DNA of 64,000 bases. Origin: an uncultured Candidatus Saccharibacteria bacterium. GTDB taxonomy: Bacteria; Patescibacteriota; Saccharimonadia; UBA4664; CAZJNH01. Location of the stretch: positions 1,028-65,027 of the forward strand of contig CAZJNH010000002.1 in assembly GCA_964547425.1 (NCBI GenBank). Reading direction: 5' to 3'. Within the stretch, counting starts at the first letter, position 1. Every line of letters starts with the position of its first letter. Both the position numbers and the translations under genes were made by a program. Below the pieces are notes generated by a model that saw only the letters and a program-made list of their open reading frames with translations, was not told the origin of the DNA and ran no database searches. Shown here in pieces: positions 1-9,755 of this stretch.

Positions 1-130
1 AGCCGCTGAGAATTGCGATCTGTTTGGAGCTGAATTTTCGTTTGGCGCGAAATTGTTTAGCCATCACTTTAAATTTAGGTTAGAGCATAAGCATTAATAC
101 TTCAAGCGTGTTGCCTGTTAAACTAGTGCC

Positions 131-1306
131 ATGCGCAAGGCCACGGTCCGCGACTACAACCTAGCCGGCAAAAAGGTTCTGCTTCGAGTCGATTACAATG
201 TGCCGATCGAAAACGGCCAGGTCAAAGACAGCCTGCGGATCCGGGCATCCTTCGGCACCATCAACTACCTTCTCGACCAAAACTGTTCGATTGTTTTAAT
301 CAGCCACCTCGGCCGCCCGGACGGCAAACCGAACCAGGAATTTAGCTTGGCGCCGGTCGCCGTCGAGGCCGCCAAACTGCTTGGCCATCCGATCAAGTTT
401 ATCCCCGGCACGATCGGTGATCAGGCGAAACAAGCAGCCCAAGATCTGCAGCCGAAAGAAATTATCTTATTAGAAAACCTGCGCTTTGATCCTCGCGAGG
501 AAAAAAACGATCCGGAGTTTGCCAAAGAGCTGGCAAGCCTAGGCGAGGTTTTCGTTGATGACGCCTTCGCTGTGATTCACCGCGCCCACGCCTCGACCGT
601 TGGTGTCACCAAATTCCTGCCGGCGCTCTGTGGGCTGCTGGTCGAAAAAGAGGTCACCACAATCACCGAAGCGTTAGAGAATCCGAAGCGGCCGCTGCTC
701 GCCATGATCGGCGGCGCCAAAATCTCCGACAAAATTGAGTTCTTAGACAGGCTTCTTTCCAAAGTCGACATGATGGTTATCGGCGGCGCGATGGCTAACA
801 CTTTTTTGGCCGCCAAAGGTTCCCCAATCGGCAAAAGTATTTATGAACCGGATCAAGTTGGTGCCGCAAAAAAGATTCTGGAAGAGTCCAAAGTTGATCT
901 GGTCCTGCCTATCGACGTGGTGGTGGCCGACAATCTCCGGCCGCCCAAAAACGTTCGGACTCTGCGATCGGTAGCGGAGGTTAGCGCAAACGACATTATC
1001 GCGGACCTCGGCCCTGAGTCGGTCGAAACCACCTGCCAAAAACTAATGGAGGCTGGCACAGTGATCTGGAACGGCCCGTTCGGATTAACTGAAATTCCCG
1101 AGTTCGCCAAAGCTTCATTAGAGTTAGCCCATTGCCTGGGCGATTCGGAGGCAAAAACCATTATCGGCGGCGGCGACACCGCCGAATTCATCGACGCGGC
1201 CAACTTGCACGACAAATTCGACCTTGTCTCGACCGGCGGCGGCGCGGCGCTCGAACTAATGGCCGGCAAAGAACTCCCCGGCCTCGAAGCCTTGCTAGAT
1301 AAATAA
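131..1306 (+). CDS. pgk: phosphoglycerate kinase
   Basis: 391-aa ORF with typical PGK N-terminal (RVDYNVP) and C-terminal hinge/ATP motifs, conserved along the whole length. Confidence 0.93.
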   Translation: MRKATVRDYNLAGKKVLLRVDYNVPIENGQVKDSLRIRASFGTINYLLDQNCSIVLISHLGRPDGKPNQEFSLAPVAVEAAKLLGHPIKFIPGTIGDQAKQAAQDLQPKEIILLENLRFDPREEKNDPEFAKELASLGEVFVDDAFAVIHRAHASTVGVTKFLPALCGLLVEKEVTTITEALENPKRPLLAMIGGAKISDKIEFLDRLLSKVDMMVIGGAMANTFLAAKGSPIGKSIYEPDQVGAAKKILEESKVDLVLPIDVVVADNLRPPKNVRTLRSVAEVSANDIIADLGPESVETTCQKLMEAGTVIWNGPFGLTEIPEFAKASLELAHCLGDSEAKTIIGGGDTAEFIDAANLHDKFDLVSTGGGAALELMAGKELPGLEALLDK

Positions 1307-1331
1307 GCATAAAAGCTTTAGAATTATTTTT

Positions 1332-2099
1332 ATGGTAGAGAAAACGATCGTTGGAAACTGGAAAATGCACTTATCGCCCGCCGAAGCCGGGTTATTGGCT
1401 GGACGGCTAAACCAAAAAATCGATCACGACCCCAAGGTGGAAATCGTGTTGTGCCCGCCGTTTGTTGATTTATTGACGGTCCAAAAAGACATGGACTCCA
1501 AGAAGTTTAAACTCGGCTGCCAAAACATTCACTACCGCGACGAGGGCCCGTTTACCGGTGAAATCTCCGCCGCCATGGTTAAAGGCCTGGCGGACTACGC
1601 GATAGTAGGCCACTCCGAACGCCGGGCGATGGGGGAGGACGACAAAACGATCGCCGAGAAACTGGCGGCCGCTGTCCGTAGCGGCATCGTCCCTATCCTC
1701 TGTGTCGGCGAAAACCTTGGCGACCGCCATCACGGCCTGACCAAAAAAGTGGTCATGGACCAACTTGAAGCTAATCTCGCGATGCTAACGGCTGAGGACC
1801 TTCACGACTTCGTGATTGCCTACGAACCGGTCTGGGCGATCGGCACCGGCGACTTTGCTCAGCCGGACGATGTCATCCAGGTCGTTTTATGGATACGCCA
1901 CACCATCGAAGAGCTCTACGGTGAAGAGGCCAGTTCTCGCGTCAGGATCCTATACGGCGGCAGCGTCGATGCCGACAACGCCAAAGCCTACTTGAACGTC
2001 GACTACGTTGATGGATTATTGGTCGGCGGCGCCAGCATCAATTACGAAAGTTTCGCGTCGATTGTTAAAACTGCCCAGGAGATAGCCAATGAATCCTGA
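1332..2099 (+). CDS. tpiA: triosephosphate isomerase
   Basis: 255 aa; active-site motif AYEPVWAIGTG and GHSERR; immediately downstream of pgk as in the common pgk-tpiA operon. Confidence 0.93.
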   Translation: MVEKTIVGNWKMHLSPAEAGLLAGRLNQKIDHDPKVEIVLCPPFVDLLTVQKDMDSKKFKLGCQNIHYRDEGPFTGEISAAMVKGLADYAIVGHSERRAMGEDDKTIAEKLAAAVRSGIVPILCVGENLGDRHHGLTKKVVMDQLEANLAMLTAEDLHDFVIAYEPVWAIGTGDFAQPDDVIQVVLWIRHTIEELYGEEASSRVRILYGGSVDADNAKAYLNVDYVDGLLVGGASINYESFASIVKTAQEIANES

Positions 2100-3054
2100 A
2101 CAACCAGCACCCCAAACACCAGAACCAACTCCAAACCCAGTCCCAACCCCAGCCTCGACTCCTCCTCAATCGCCGCAAACTCCTCCCACCCTCACTCCGA
2201 GTCAGGTCCCCTCATCCGGCGGTAAACTAAAATGGATAATCTTGGCTGTCGTGGTCGTTATTTTGGCGGTCGGCGCTTATGTTTACTTCCAAATCCTGCC
2301 AAGCCGCTACGCTAAGGCTTATAGCGACAGCATGGCTACTCCGTCGGCAAACTTAAAAAGCGCCATAAATAAAGCGGCCGATTCCTATAGTCGGCCGGTA
2401 TTCACCACGATGACCACCCCGGATGACCAGAAAGCAGCTACCAAGCAGTATGCCAAGGATAAAGCCGATCTGAAGTATGCCAGCGATTCCATTGGCACTA
2501 CCGCGACTGCCTTAACCGTGTTCAATAATTCTGCCGCCAAAATAACGATTTTACCGGGCACCGGTTGGACCAAGCCTGTGCGTGACGCCAAGTCCAAGCA
2601 ACAAGGTTTTAAAGATTACGGTGCCAAAGCCGGCCAGTTCGTAAATGACTATCGTGTTTTGGAGGTTTATGTGGCGCAGTTCGTTGACTCCTTGTACAAA
2701 ATCGGAACCTTGGCCGACGCTACCATTAATGGCCCAGCCGCCGCTACATCCGAGGCGGGCGCAAAGCGTTTGGACAGCGTCGCCGCTGAGATAGACAATT
2801 TTACCGCTACGCTACAAAAGGGCACCACACCTAGCTATCTGAGCGATTTTAATAAGAGGGTATTAAAGGATTTCGATCAACTGGCAACAGCCTTTCGCGA
2901 TATGGCAGCAGGTGCGCGTAATGAAGACCCCAGTAAACTCTTTGGCGGATTTTTTGAACTTGGTCCGCCATCCGTAGATCTGGGTAAACTAGATTTTCCA
3001 AAAATTCTTAAAACCAAGTCTCCGATCCCAGCCGAGATTAAGACCCTGCAATGA
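2089..3054 (+). CDS. membrane-anchored protein of unknown function (Pro-rich N-terminus, one TM, about 250-aa extracytoplasmic domain); tandem paralog of next gene
   Basis: ORF overlaps tpiA stop; Pro/Thr-rich low-complexity N-terminus then a hydrophobic helix; the C-terminal domain aligns with the next ORF (YAKAYSDSM.. versus YAKAYAATM.., GWTKPVRDAKSK versus GWSKSVKDAVDN). Confidence 0.5.
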   Translation: MNPEQPAPQTPEPTPNPVPTPASTPPQSPQTPPTLTPSQVPSSGGKLKWIILAVVVVILAVGAYVYFQILPSRYAKAYSDSMATPSANLKSAINKAADSYSRPVFTTMTTPDDQKAATKQYAKDKADLKYASDSIGTTATALTVFNNSAAKITILPGTGWTKPVRDAKSKQQGFKDYGAKAGQFVNDYRVLEVYVAQFVDSLYKIGTLADATINGPAAATSEAGAKRLDSVAAEIDNFTATLQKGTTPSYLSDFNKRVLKDFDQLATAFRDMAAGARNEDPSKLFGGFFELGPPSVDLGKLDFPKILKTKSPIPAEIKTLQ

Positions 3055-4139
3055 CGTGTCCTAACTGCGGCCACGAGTTAACTTCGACCAATCATGGTTT
3101 GGCATGCCTGAACTGCGGATATACCGGGCCGACACAGCCTGCTAACGCTGTTGCTCAAGCTGCTCCTCAGCAACCGGCTGCCCCGACTCCATCTCTCGCG
3201 ACACCGCCAACTCCTGTACCACCGCCGATCGTCCCGCCCGCACCAGTCCAGGCCGCTCCCTCGCCACCCAGTCCAGCAGTTCCTCCGACGCCCGGGCGCC
3301 GGCCGCTGATGGCTCGTCTCAAAAAGTTGCTCATCCCCGGAATTGCCTTGCTGGTACTTTTGACCGCGGCCGGCATAGTCTACTTCAAGATTCTGCCCGA
3401 CAACTACGCCAAAGCTTACGCCGCGACGATGAAAGATCCGGCGGCCCATCTTCACACCACGATCGACAAGGCCATCGGCTCTTTTGGCCGGCCAGCCTTT
3501 GCCAAAAGCGATACCACTACCAAAAATGACAAAGCCGACGTCGCCTACGCCCAAGATTCGATTAACTCAGCCAAAAAAGCCTACGCAACGTATGGCACCG
3601 CGGCAACGAGCTTGCGGATCCTGCCACTGACCGGATGGAGTAAATCGGTTAAGGATGCGGTGGACAACCGGAAGGACTACCTGGATTACGGTACCTCCGT
3701 CAAAAAGTTCTTGAGCGATTATCAGCAGCTGGTGACTTACGCCTCAAAGGTCAACGCAATTGGCGCTACGATTGAAGCTAAGTTCAACGAACTGGACAAA
3801 CTGTCCAGCGCCGATCCTGGTGGGACCTTAACAAAAATGGCCGACGAAATGGATAGCGTTGGCACCGATTTCCGGGCGATCACTCCGCCGACCTACCTTC
3901 AGAATTACCATAACGAACTGCTGGCCGAGGTCGATAATCTGGCCATTTATCTACGCGCCATCGCCAAAGCATACAAAGATCACAGTTTGACCGAATTCAA
4001 CGCGGCGTCCAAAAAGCTCTATGATCTTAGCAATGAAGGCGACGCTACCGACAAGAAATTTATCGACTCGATCCAAAATAATTCGGTGATCAAGCACGAC
4101 ATCGATGACCTCAAAGGCAGTTCGATAATCACGATTTAG
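3051..4139 (+). CDS. zinc-ribbon (CPNCG..CLNCG) plus Pro-rich linker, TM and the same extracytoplasmic domain as the previous gene
   Basis: N-terminal CxxC..CxxC motif, Pro-rich stretch, TM helix, then a domain paralogous to the 2089..3054 product; starts overlap (ATGA). Confidence 0.5.
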   Translation: MTCPNCGHELTSTNHGLACLNCGYTGPTQPANAVAQAAPQQPAAPTPSLATPPTPVPPPIVPPAPVQAAPSPPSPAVPPTPGRRPLMARLKKLLIPGIALLVLLTAAGIVYFKILPDNYAKAYAATMKDPAAHLHTTIDKAIGSFGRPAFAKSDTTTKNDKADVAYAQDSINSAKKAYATYGTAATSLRILPLTGWSKSVKDAVDNRKDYLDYGTSVKKFLSDYQQLVTYASKVNAIGATIEAKFNELDKLSSADPGGTLTKMADEMDSVGTDFRAITPPTYLQNYHNELLAEVDNLAIYLRAIAKAYKDHSLTEFNAASKKLYDLSNEGDATDKKFIDSIQNNSVIKHDIDDLKGSSIITI

Positions 4140-4212
4140 GTTTTGGGAGTTTAGCCAAAGCCTCCGCTAGCGAACTAGGCTACCCTCAAGCAAGTAAGCA
4201 GGAGTTAGATCG

Positions 4213-4575
4213 ATGTTAAATTTCAATAGCGTAATGTTAGGCAGCGAAGACCCTAAAAAGCTGGTGGAGTTTTATACAAAAGTTTTAGGCGATCCGAAGA
4301 TGGACGAAAACAACTACACGGGCTGGCTGGTTGGCAGCGGCTTCTTGAGCGTTGGCCCCCACGACAAAGTCAAAGGTAAATCCAAGGAACCGGAGAGGAT
4401 TATCATTTTCTTCGAAACCAAAGAGGTCAAAGAGGAGTTCGGCCGTATCAAAGAGTTAGGCGCCAAAGTTATCGCCGAGCCCTACAAACCGGACCCAAAC
4501 GGCGAGTTCTGGTTGGCGACATTGGCCGATCCCGACGGCAACTTTTTCCAGCTGGCTTCTCCCTGGGACTCTTAA
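4213..4575 (+). CDS. VOC/glyoxalase-bleomycin resistance family protein
   Basis: 120 aa; RBS AGGAG upstream; size and composition typical of small VOC-fold proteins; weak motif-level support only. Confidence 0.45.
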   Translation: MLNFNSVMLGSEDPKKLVEFYTKVLGDPKMDENNYTGWLVGSGFLSVGPHDKVKGKSKEPERIIIFFETKEVKEEFGRIKELGAKVIAEPYKPDPNGEFWLATLADPDGNFFQLASPWDS

Positions 4576-4707
4576 TCTTTAGCAAGTTCTAAGAACAAAA
4601 CTCTAAGTGCTGAGTAAGATTCAAGATCAAAGGTTAAAGTTTAATCTTGTAACTTTAGTCTTACTTAGGGTTTAGGACTTAGAGTTTAGTCCTTCTATAA
4701 TGTTGAG

Positions 4708-6804
4708 GTGAGAGATTTACTCGACGGCTTAAATGAGCCGCAAAAGCTGGCGGTTTTAACGACCGAAGGGCCGGTTTTAATATTGGCCGGCGCTGGCAGC
4801 GGTAAAACCAAAGCCCTGACCCATCGGGTCGCGTACTTGGTGGCAGAGGGCAAAGCCCAGCCCGACAATATTTTGGCGGTTACCTTTACCAACAAGGCCG
4901 CCGGCGAAATGCGCGAGCGGGTGATGAAGCTGCTCGACCGCCATGCCAGCCGATATTTCTTTCCTTATATGGGCACCTTCCACGCTATTTGCGTCCGGAT
5001 GCTCCGCCGACATGCCGAACTGGTCGGCCTCTCGCCGAGCTTTATTATCTTTGACCAATCCGACAGTTTGGCCGCGATCCGCAAAGCCTCGAAGCAGTTA
5101 GGAATTAACGAAAAAGTTTACGCACCGGGTTTACTGCAAAGCATTATCTCTTCCGCCAAAAACCAGCTGGTGACCCATGGCGATTACAGCCGGCTGGCTC
5201 AAGGGCCGACTCAAACCACGGCGGCCAAGGTTTATCCGCTCTACCACCGGCTGCTGCGTGAAGCCGACGCGCTGGATTTTGACGATTTAATTATGGAGGC
5301 GGTGAGGTTGTTGCAGCACCACCCGGAGGTGTTGGAGCACTGGCAAAAACAGTTCAAATACATTTTGATCGACGAGTATCAGGACACCAACCACGCCCAG
5401 TACCGCTTCACGAAACTTCTAGCCCAGTCGCACCGCAACATCTGCGTGGTCGGTGACGACTGGCAGAGCATTTACTCCTGGCGCGGCGCCGATTTTCGTA
5501 ACATCCTGGATTTTCAAAAAGATTATCCCGATGCCGTAATCATCAAACTTGAACAAAATTATCGCTCAACCAAAAACATCCTCGACGCCGCGCATAGCGT
5601 GATCAGCAAAAACCGGTCGCGCAGCGACAAAAAGCTGTGGACCGAGCAGACCATCGGCGCCCGCGTTGAGGTTCACGAAGTTTACAGCGAAATTCAAGAG
5701 GCTGAATTAATCACCGAGCTGGTCAAACGGGGCATCGCACGCGGCCAAACGCCCCGCGATTTTGCGGTGCTTTACCGGGTTAGCGCGCAGTCAAGGGCGC
5801 TGGAAGAGGCTTTTTTGCGGATCGGTCTGCCATACCGCATCGTCGGCGGCGTCAGGTTTTACGAACGCAAAGAAATTAAAGACACCCTGGCCTATTTGCG
5901 ATTGGCGTACCGGCCTGAGGATATGCTCTCTTTTGAAAGGATTGTGAATGTGCCGGCCCGCGGCCTTGGGGATGTCAGTTTGGGCCGGTTTCAAAGCTTC
6001 AAGCAAAAAGCGGAATTGTCTCTCCTGGCCGCCCTCAGCCGCGCCGACGAAATTGAAGGATTAAGTACCAAAGCCGCCAACAATTTGAAGCAGCTGGGGG
6101 TCCTATTAAATGAACTGGCGAACCGCTCAACGGAGCTGAAGGTCTCCGAACTGCTCGAGCTGATTATCAAAAAAAGCGGTTTTTTGGAGTGGCTAGATGA
6201 CGGCAGTTTACTCGCCGAGGCGAGAATCGAGAATGTTAAAGAGTTGTTGAGTGTGGCCGGTGATTATGACGGCGATTTGGAAGGCTTTTTGCAGGACGTG
6301 GCGTTGATGAGTGAACTCGACGATTACTCGCCGGCCGCCGACGCGGTCACATTGATGACGATGCACGCCGCCAAAGGCTTAGAATTTCCGGTGGTGATTA
6401 TGCCGGGATTGGAAGAGGGAGTGTTCCCGCACGGCCGGGCGCAGGAGGATGCCGAAGAGTTAGAGGAAGAGCGGCGGCTGTGTTACGTCGGCATGACCCG
6501 GGCCAAGCAGCAACTGCATTTAACCTACGCCCGTAAGCGGCTGCTGTATGGCCAAACGATGCACAATCCGCCGTCGCGCTTTTTGCTCGACATTCAACAA
6601 GCCGCAAGCGACCAGCCCACCACAGCGGCTGTTGACGCAAACTTTAAAGCCGTCGAGCTCAAAGACGGTGACCGCGTAAAGCATCCAAAATTTGGGGAGG
6701 GGATCGTTGTTAGTACCAAAGACGATACCGTCACCGCCGCGTTCGCCGGAGTGGGCACAAAGACCCTACTTTTGAGTCTCGCCCCACTTGAAAAGCTTGA
6801 GTAG
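4708..6804 (+). CDS. pcrA: ATP-dependent DNA helicase UvrD/PcrA
   Basis: Walker A GAGSGKT, helicase motifs (DEYQDTN, QNYRST, VTLMTMHAAKGLEFP, YVGMTRAK) and a C-terminal Tudor-like tail; GTG start preceded by TATAAT. Confidence 0.9.
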   Translation: MRDLLDGLNEPQKLAVLTTEGPVLILAGAGSGKTKALTHRVAYLVAEGKAQPDNILAVTFTNKAAGEMRERVMKLLDRHASRYFFPYMGTFHAICVRMLRRHAELVGLSPSFIIFDQSDSLAAIRKASKQLGINEKVYAPGLLQSIISSAKNQLVTHGDYSRLAQGPTQTTAAKVYPLYHRLLREADALDFDDLIMEAVRLLQHHPEVLEHWQKQFKYILIDEYQDTNHAQYRFTKLLAQSHRNICVVGDDWQSIYSWRGADFRNILDFQKDYPDAVIIKLEQNYRSTKNILDAAHSVISKNRSRSDKKLWTEQTIGARVEVHEVYSEIQEAELITELVKRGIARGQTPRDFAVLYRVSAQSRALEEAFLRIGLPYRIVGGVRFYERKEIKDTLAYLRLAYRPEDMLSFERIVNVPARGLGDVSLGRFQSFKQKAELSLLAALSRADEIEGLSTKAANNLKQLGVLLNELANRSTELKVSELLELIIKKSGFLEWLDDGSLLAEARIENVKELLSVAGDYDGDLEGFLQDVALMSELDDYSPAADAVTLMTMHAAKGLEFPVVIMPGLEEGVFPHGRAQEDAEELEEERRLCYVGMTRAKQQLHLTYARKRLLYGQTMHNPPSRFLLDIQQAASDQPTTAAVDANFKAVELKDGDRVKHPKFGEGIVVSTKDDTVTAAFAGVGTKTLLLSLAPLEKLE

Positions 6805-6944
6805 TTTGGTAGTATAAACACTACCACTTTGAGTACATTTAGTACTCGCTGTATCTGTGAGGTGGTGTAAACAAAAACTGCTCGAAACAAACGCTCCGCT
6901 GTTAATCAAAGAGGGCTTACATTTTAAGCAGCATTAAGCGCCGA

Positions 6945-8030
6945 TTGGTGCTCGTGGCGATTCTAACCTTCACTCTTGCCACGTACGGACTAGGAACTGG
7001 AAAAATCCCGATTACCCGAACCGCTTTGGCCGACGCCCAGCGGGTAGTTAGCTTGTACGTCGACGGCCAAAAGCGAATCATCCCGACCGATGCCCAAACC
7101 GTCGGCGACCTATTAAACCGCAGCCACGTTACCTTAGGACCCGGCGACATCGTCGAACCGGATATTTCAACGCCAATTCCTGAAGGCGCGTTTTACGTCA
7201 ACGTCTACCGTTCTCGGCCGGTGGTGGTAATTGATGGGTCACAAGTAACCCGCGGCTACAGCGCTTACCAAAATCCGAAGCTGATCCTCGGGCAGTTAGG
7301 TATTCAAATTTACCCTGAAGATTTGTTGGCCGTTGCTCCAGTGAACGACTTTGTGAACACCGGCGTCGTCGGTCAGCAGCTGACGATCACCCGCGCCAAG
7401 TTAATTAGGGTCGAAGATTTTGATGGCAACACTAAACAGTTGCGGACGCAAGCCGCCACCGTGGGAGATGTGTTGGCCGGGCTAAACATTAAATTACGGC
7501 CCGGCGATCGAGTTTCGCCTAAGCAGTCCGCTCTGGTTGTTTCTGGAAGCACCATCACTTTATCCAGAGTTAACCAAGAATTAGTCAAGGTTGAAGAGGT
7601 GATTCCTCACGGCGAAGAAGCTATTCGCGACCCGAAGCTTGAGGTGCCGTCTACGGCGGTCGAGCAGGCCGGCAGTGATGGCCAAAAAGTCACCACTTAC
7701 AGGGTGGTTTACCGAAATGGCCAAATTGTCTCCAAAACCCCGATCAAAAGCGAGGTCACGGTCCAGCCGAAACCGCGGATTGTGGCTAAGGGTAGCCTGG
7801 TCACGGCCAACACATGGCTAAAACTGCGAATGTGCGAGTCGAGCAATAATTACGCCGACAAGTACAACCCGAATTACCGCGGCGCTTACCAGTTCTCCTT
7901 TAGCACCTGGGCTTCAGTCGGCGGTTCCGGCGACCCGGCAAATGCTTCACCCAGCGAACAGGACTCCCGTGCCCAAATGCTCTACAACCTCCGTGGTTGG
8001 TCGCCCTGGGTCTGCGCTAACGGCTGGTAG
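6945..8030 (+). CDS. RpfB-like secreted protein: DUF348-type repeats, G5-like region and a C-terminal resuscitation-promoting-factor/transglycosylase-like domain
   Basis: The C-terminal block CESSNNY..YRGAYQFS..W is the Rpf-type lysozyme-like domain; N-terminal signal anchor; the start codon is uncertain (TTG at 6945, with the frame open upstream from 6906). Confidence 0.65.
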   Translation: MVLVAILTFTLATYGLGTGKIPITRTALADAQRVVSLYVDGQKRIIPTDAQTVGDLLNRSHVTLGPGDIVEPDISTPIPEGAFYVNVYRSRPVVVIDGSQVTRGYSAYQNPKLILGQLGIQIYPEDLLAVAPVNDFVNTGVVGQQLTITRAKLIRVEDFDGNTKQLRTQAATVGDVLAGLNIKLRPGDRVSPKQSALVVSGSTITLSRVNQELVKVEEVIPHGEEAIRDPKLEVPSTAVEQAGSDGQKVTTYRVVYRNGQIVSKTPIKSEVTVQPKPRIVAKGSLVTANTWLKLRMCESSNNYADKYNPNYRGAYQFSFSTWASVGGSGDPANASPSEQDSRAQMLYNLRGWSPWVCANGW

Positions 8031-8050
8031 TGTCAGCTACAATATAAGAT

Positions 8051-8881
8051 ATGGATTTGACGAAGCTGGATGATTTGCGGTTGGCGATGAAGCTAGCCGG
8101 CATTAAACCGCGGCACGAGTTGGGGCAAAATTTTTTGATCGATGCTGATACGTTGCGCCAAATCGTTGATGCCGGCAGCCTCGAGCCGACCGACACGGTA
8201 CTTGAGATTGGGCCGGGTTTGGGTACGATGACCGGACTTCTTGCCGCCCAGTCCGCCCAAGTTGTGGCGGTTGAGTCCGACCAGAAGCTGGCCGAATTAC
8301 TGCGTAAATCTGCGCCAGCGAACGTTGAGGTCGTACCCGCCGACATCCTGCGCTACAACCTCAGCCAGCTCCCGTCCGGCTACAAAGTGGTGGCCAATAT
8401 CCCCTACTACCTAACCTCGAAAATTTTGCGTACCTTAACCGAAGCAATCGCCAAACCGGCCGTAATTGTGCTGCTGATCCAAAAAGAAGTCGCCGAGCGG
8501 GTCTGCGCCAAACCGGGGGAACTTTCTATCCTCGGATTGTCGGTCCAGTATTACGCCAAAGCTGAAATTATCGCTGTAGTCGGCCGGGAAAAATTCTGGC
8601 CGGCGCCGGATGTGGATTCGGCTATTCTGCGGATCACGCCGTTTGATAAGCCGGTTTTTGAAGCCGACATCCAAAAGCTGTTTCGGCTGATCAAAGCCGG
8701 TTTTGGCGAAAAACGCAAAATGCTCAAAAACTCTCTGGCCGGCGGGCTCAATGGCGCCGATGAATTGGTCGCGCAGGTGCTAGCCTCCGCGGACGTCGAC
8801 GGCCATCGCCGGGCGCAGGAGCTCTCGCTATCCGACTGGCAAAGGTTGTACAATGAAGCGGTTAAGCATAACCTGATTTGA
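8051..8881 (+). CDS. rsmA: 16S rRNA (adenine1518/1519-N6)-dimethyltransferase
   Basis: GQNFL, EIGPGLG and NIPYY motifs of KsgA/RsmA. Confidence 0.9.
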   Translation: MDLTKLDDLRLAMKLAGIKPRHELGQNFLIDADTLRQIVDAGSLEPTDTVLEIGPGLGTMTGLLAAQSAQVVAVESDQKLAELLRKSAPANVEVVPADILRYNLSQLPSGYKVVANIPYYLTSKILRTLTEAIAKPAVIVLLIQKEVAERVCAKPGELSILGLSVQYYAKAEIIAVVGREKFWPAPDVDSAILRITPFDKPVFEADIQKLFRLIKAGFGEKRKMLKNSLAGGLNGADELVAQVLASADVDGHRRAQELSLSDWQRLYNEAVKHNLI

Positions 8882-9723
8882 AGTTTTTACGTTTCCTGGC
8901 CGCGTTCCTCGCCGGCGTCGTTATTACCAACGTTGCCGGTACGTGGGTGTTGGACCATACACTTTTAAGCAGCGATTTCATTATCTCTCGAGCTGCTTCA
9001 GGCAGCTTTTACTCGGAGTTTACCAAAGCTGTACCGCGGCTAATGCACCAAAGCGAAGACGAAAACACCCGTAAAAGCGCCGACATAATCGCGGCGGTGG
9101 TGACCCCCAAATACGTCCAAGCCAAGTTTTCAGACTACGTCTCTCAGCTCGAAAACCACTATCGGAACGAAGGCCCACCGGCCACGATCGATTTGCGTGA
9201 TTTGGTAAAAATCGCTAGCCGCAGTGGCTTTAAACTGCCGCCGGAGGCTGTTAGTAAACCGATTAAACCGGGCGACCCAATCGATCCCAAAAAAGTCCAC
9301 CCGTTGTTCGCCAACCTTAAACTTATCGAATATGGCGGTGCCGGCTTGGCACTGTTGCTCCTTGGATTGGTCGGTCTTTTGGCTGGAGCGGATCGCCGGC
9401 TACGCGCTGTCTCAAAAACCCTTTTACTATCCAGTGTTTTTATTTTGCCGAATGCCCTATTTTTCCAGATTCTGCCGGATATTGCCGATACCGCCTTAAA
9501 GAATAATCAGCAGTTTCAGGCGGTTGAGCCGGTACTTAAAGCATTGGGGGACTCGGTTTTTAAGGCAACGGCCAAGAGTTATCTGATTGCCGCGGGGGTA
9601 GTGGCGGGATTGGCGGTGATTGTTTTCGTGGTTCACTTAATCCTCGGGATCAAAAAACGCCCGCCTAAACGCGGTAAAAAAGACGCCCGCCGCGACGACG
9701 GTGGCTTGATCGTCCAATCCTAG
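8878..9723 (+). CDS. membrane protein of unknown function
   Basis: TTG start overlapping the rsmA stop; N-terminal signal anchor and two C-terminal TM helices; basic C-terminal tail. Confidence 0.4.
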   Translation: MKFLRFLAAFLAGVVITNVAGTWVLDHTLLSSDFIISRAASGSFYSEFTKAVPRLMHQSEDENTRKSADIIAAVVTPKYVQAKFSDYVSQLENHYRNEGPPATIDLRDLVKIASRSGFKLPPEAVSKPIKPGDPIDPKKVHPLFANLKLIEYGGAGLALLLLGLVGLLAGADRRLRAVSKTLLLSSVFILPNALFFQILPDIADTALKNNQQFQAVEPVLKALGDSVFKATAKSYLIAAGVVAGLAVIVFVVHLILGIKKRPPKRGKKDARRDDGGLIVQS

Positions 9724-9755
9724 ACCCTGAAACTCGTACCCTGTATCCTGAAGCT

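Noticed and set aside
577-1269. Minus-strand ORFs (577..834, 743..1039, 853..1269) inside pgk
   Set aside because: They are fully embedded antisense to a well-conserved pgk frame, have Ala/Ser/Pro-rich compositions typical of antisense frames in GC-rich DNA, and lack an RBS.
4575-4707. AT-rich intergenic region with short inverted repeats (GGACTTAGAGTTTAGTCC and similar) considered as a small RNA or mobile-element end
   Set aside because: The stems are only 5-7 bp, the segment is not repeated elsewhere in the window and it contains a TATAAT box just upstream of the pcrA start. It is most likely an ordinary promoter and leader region.
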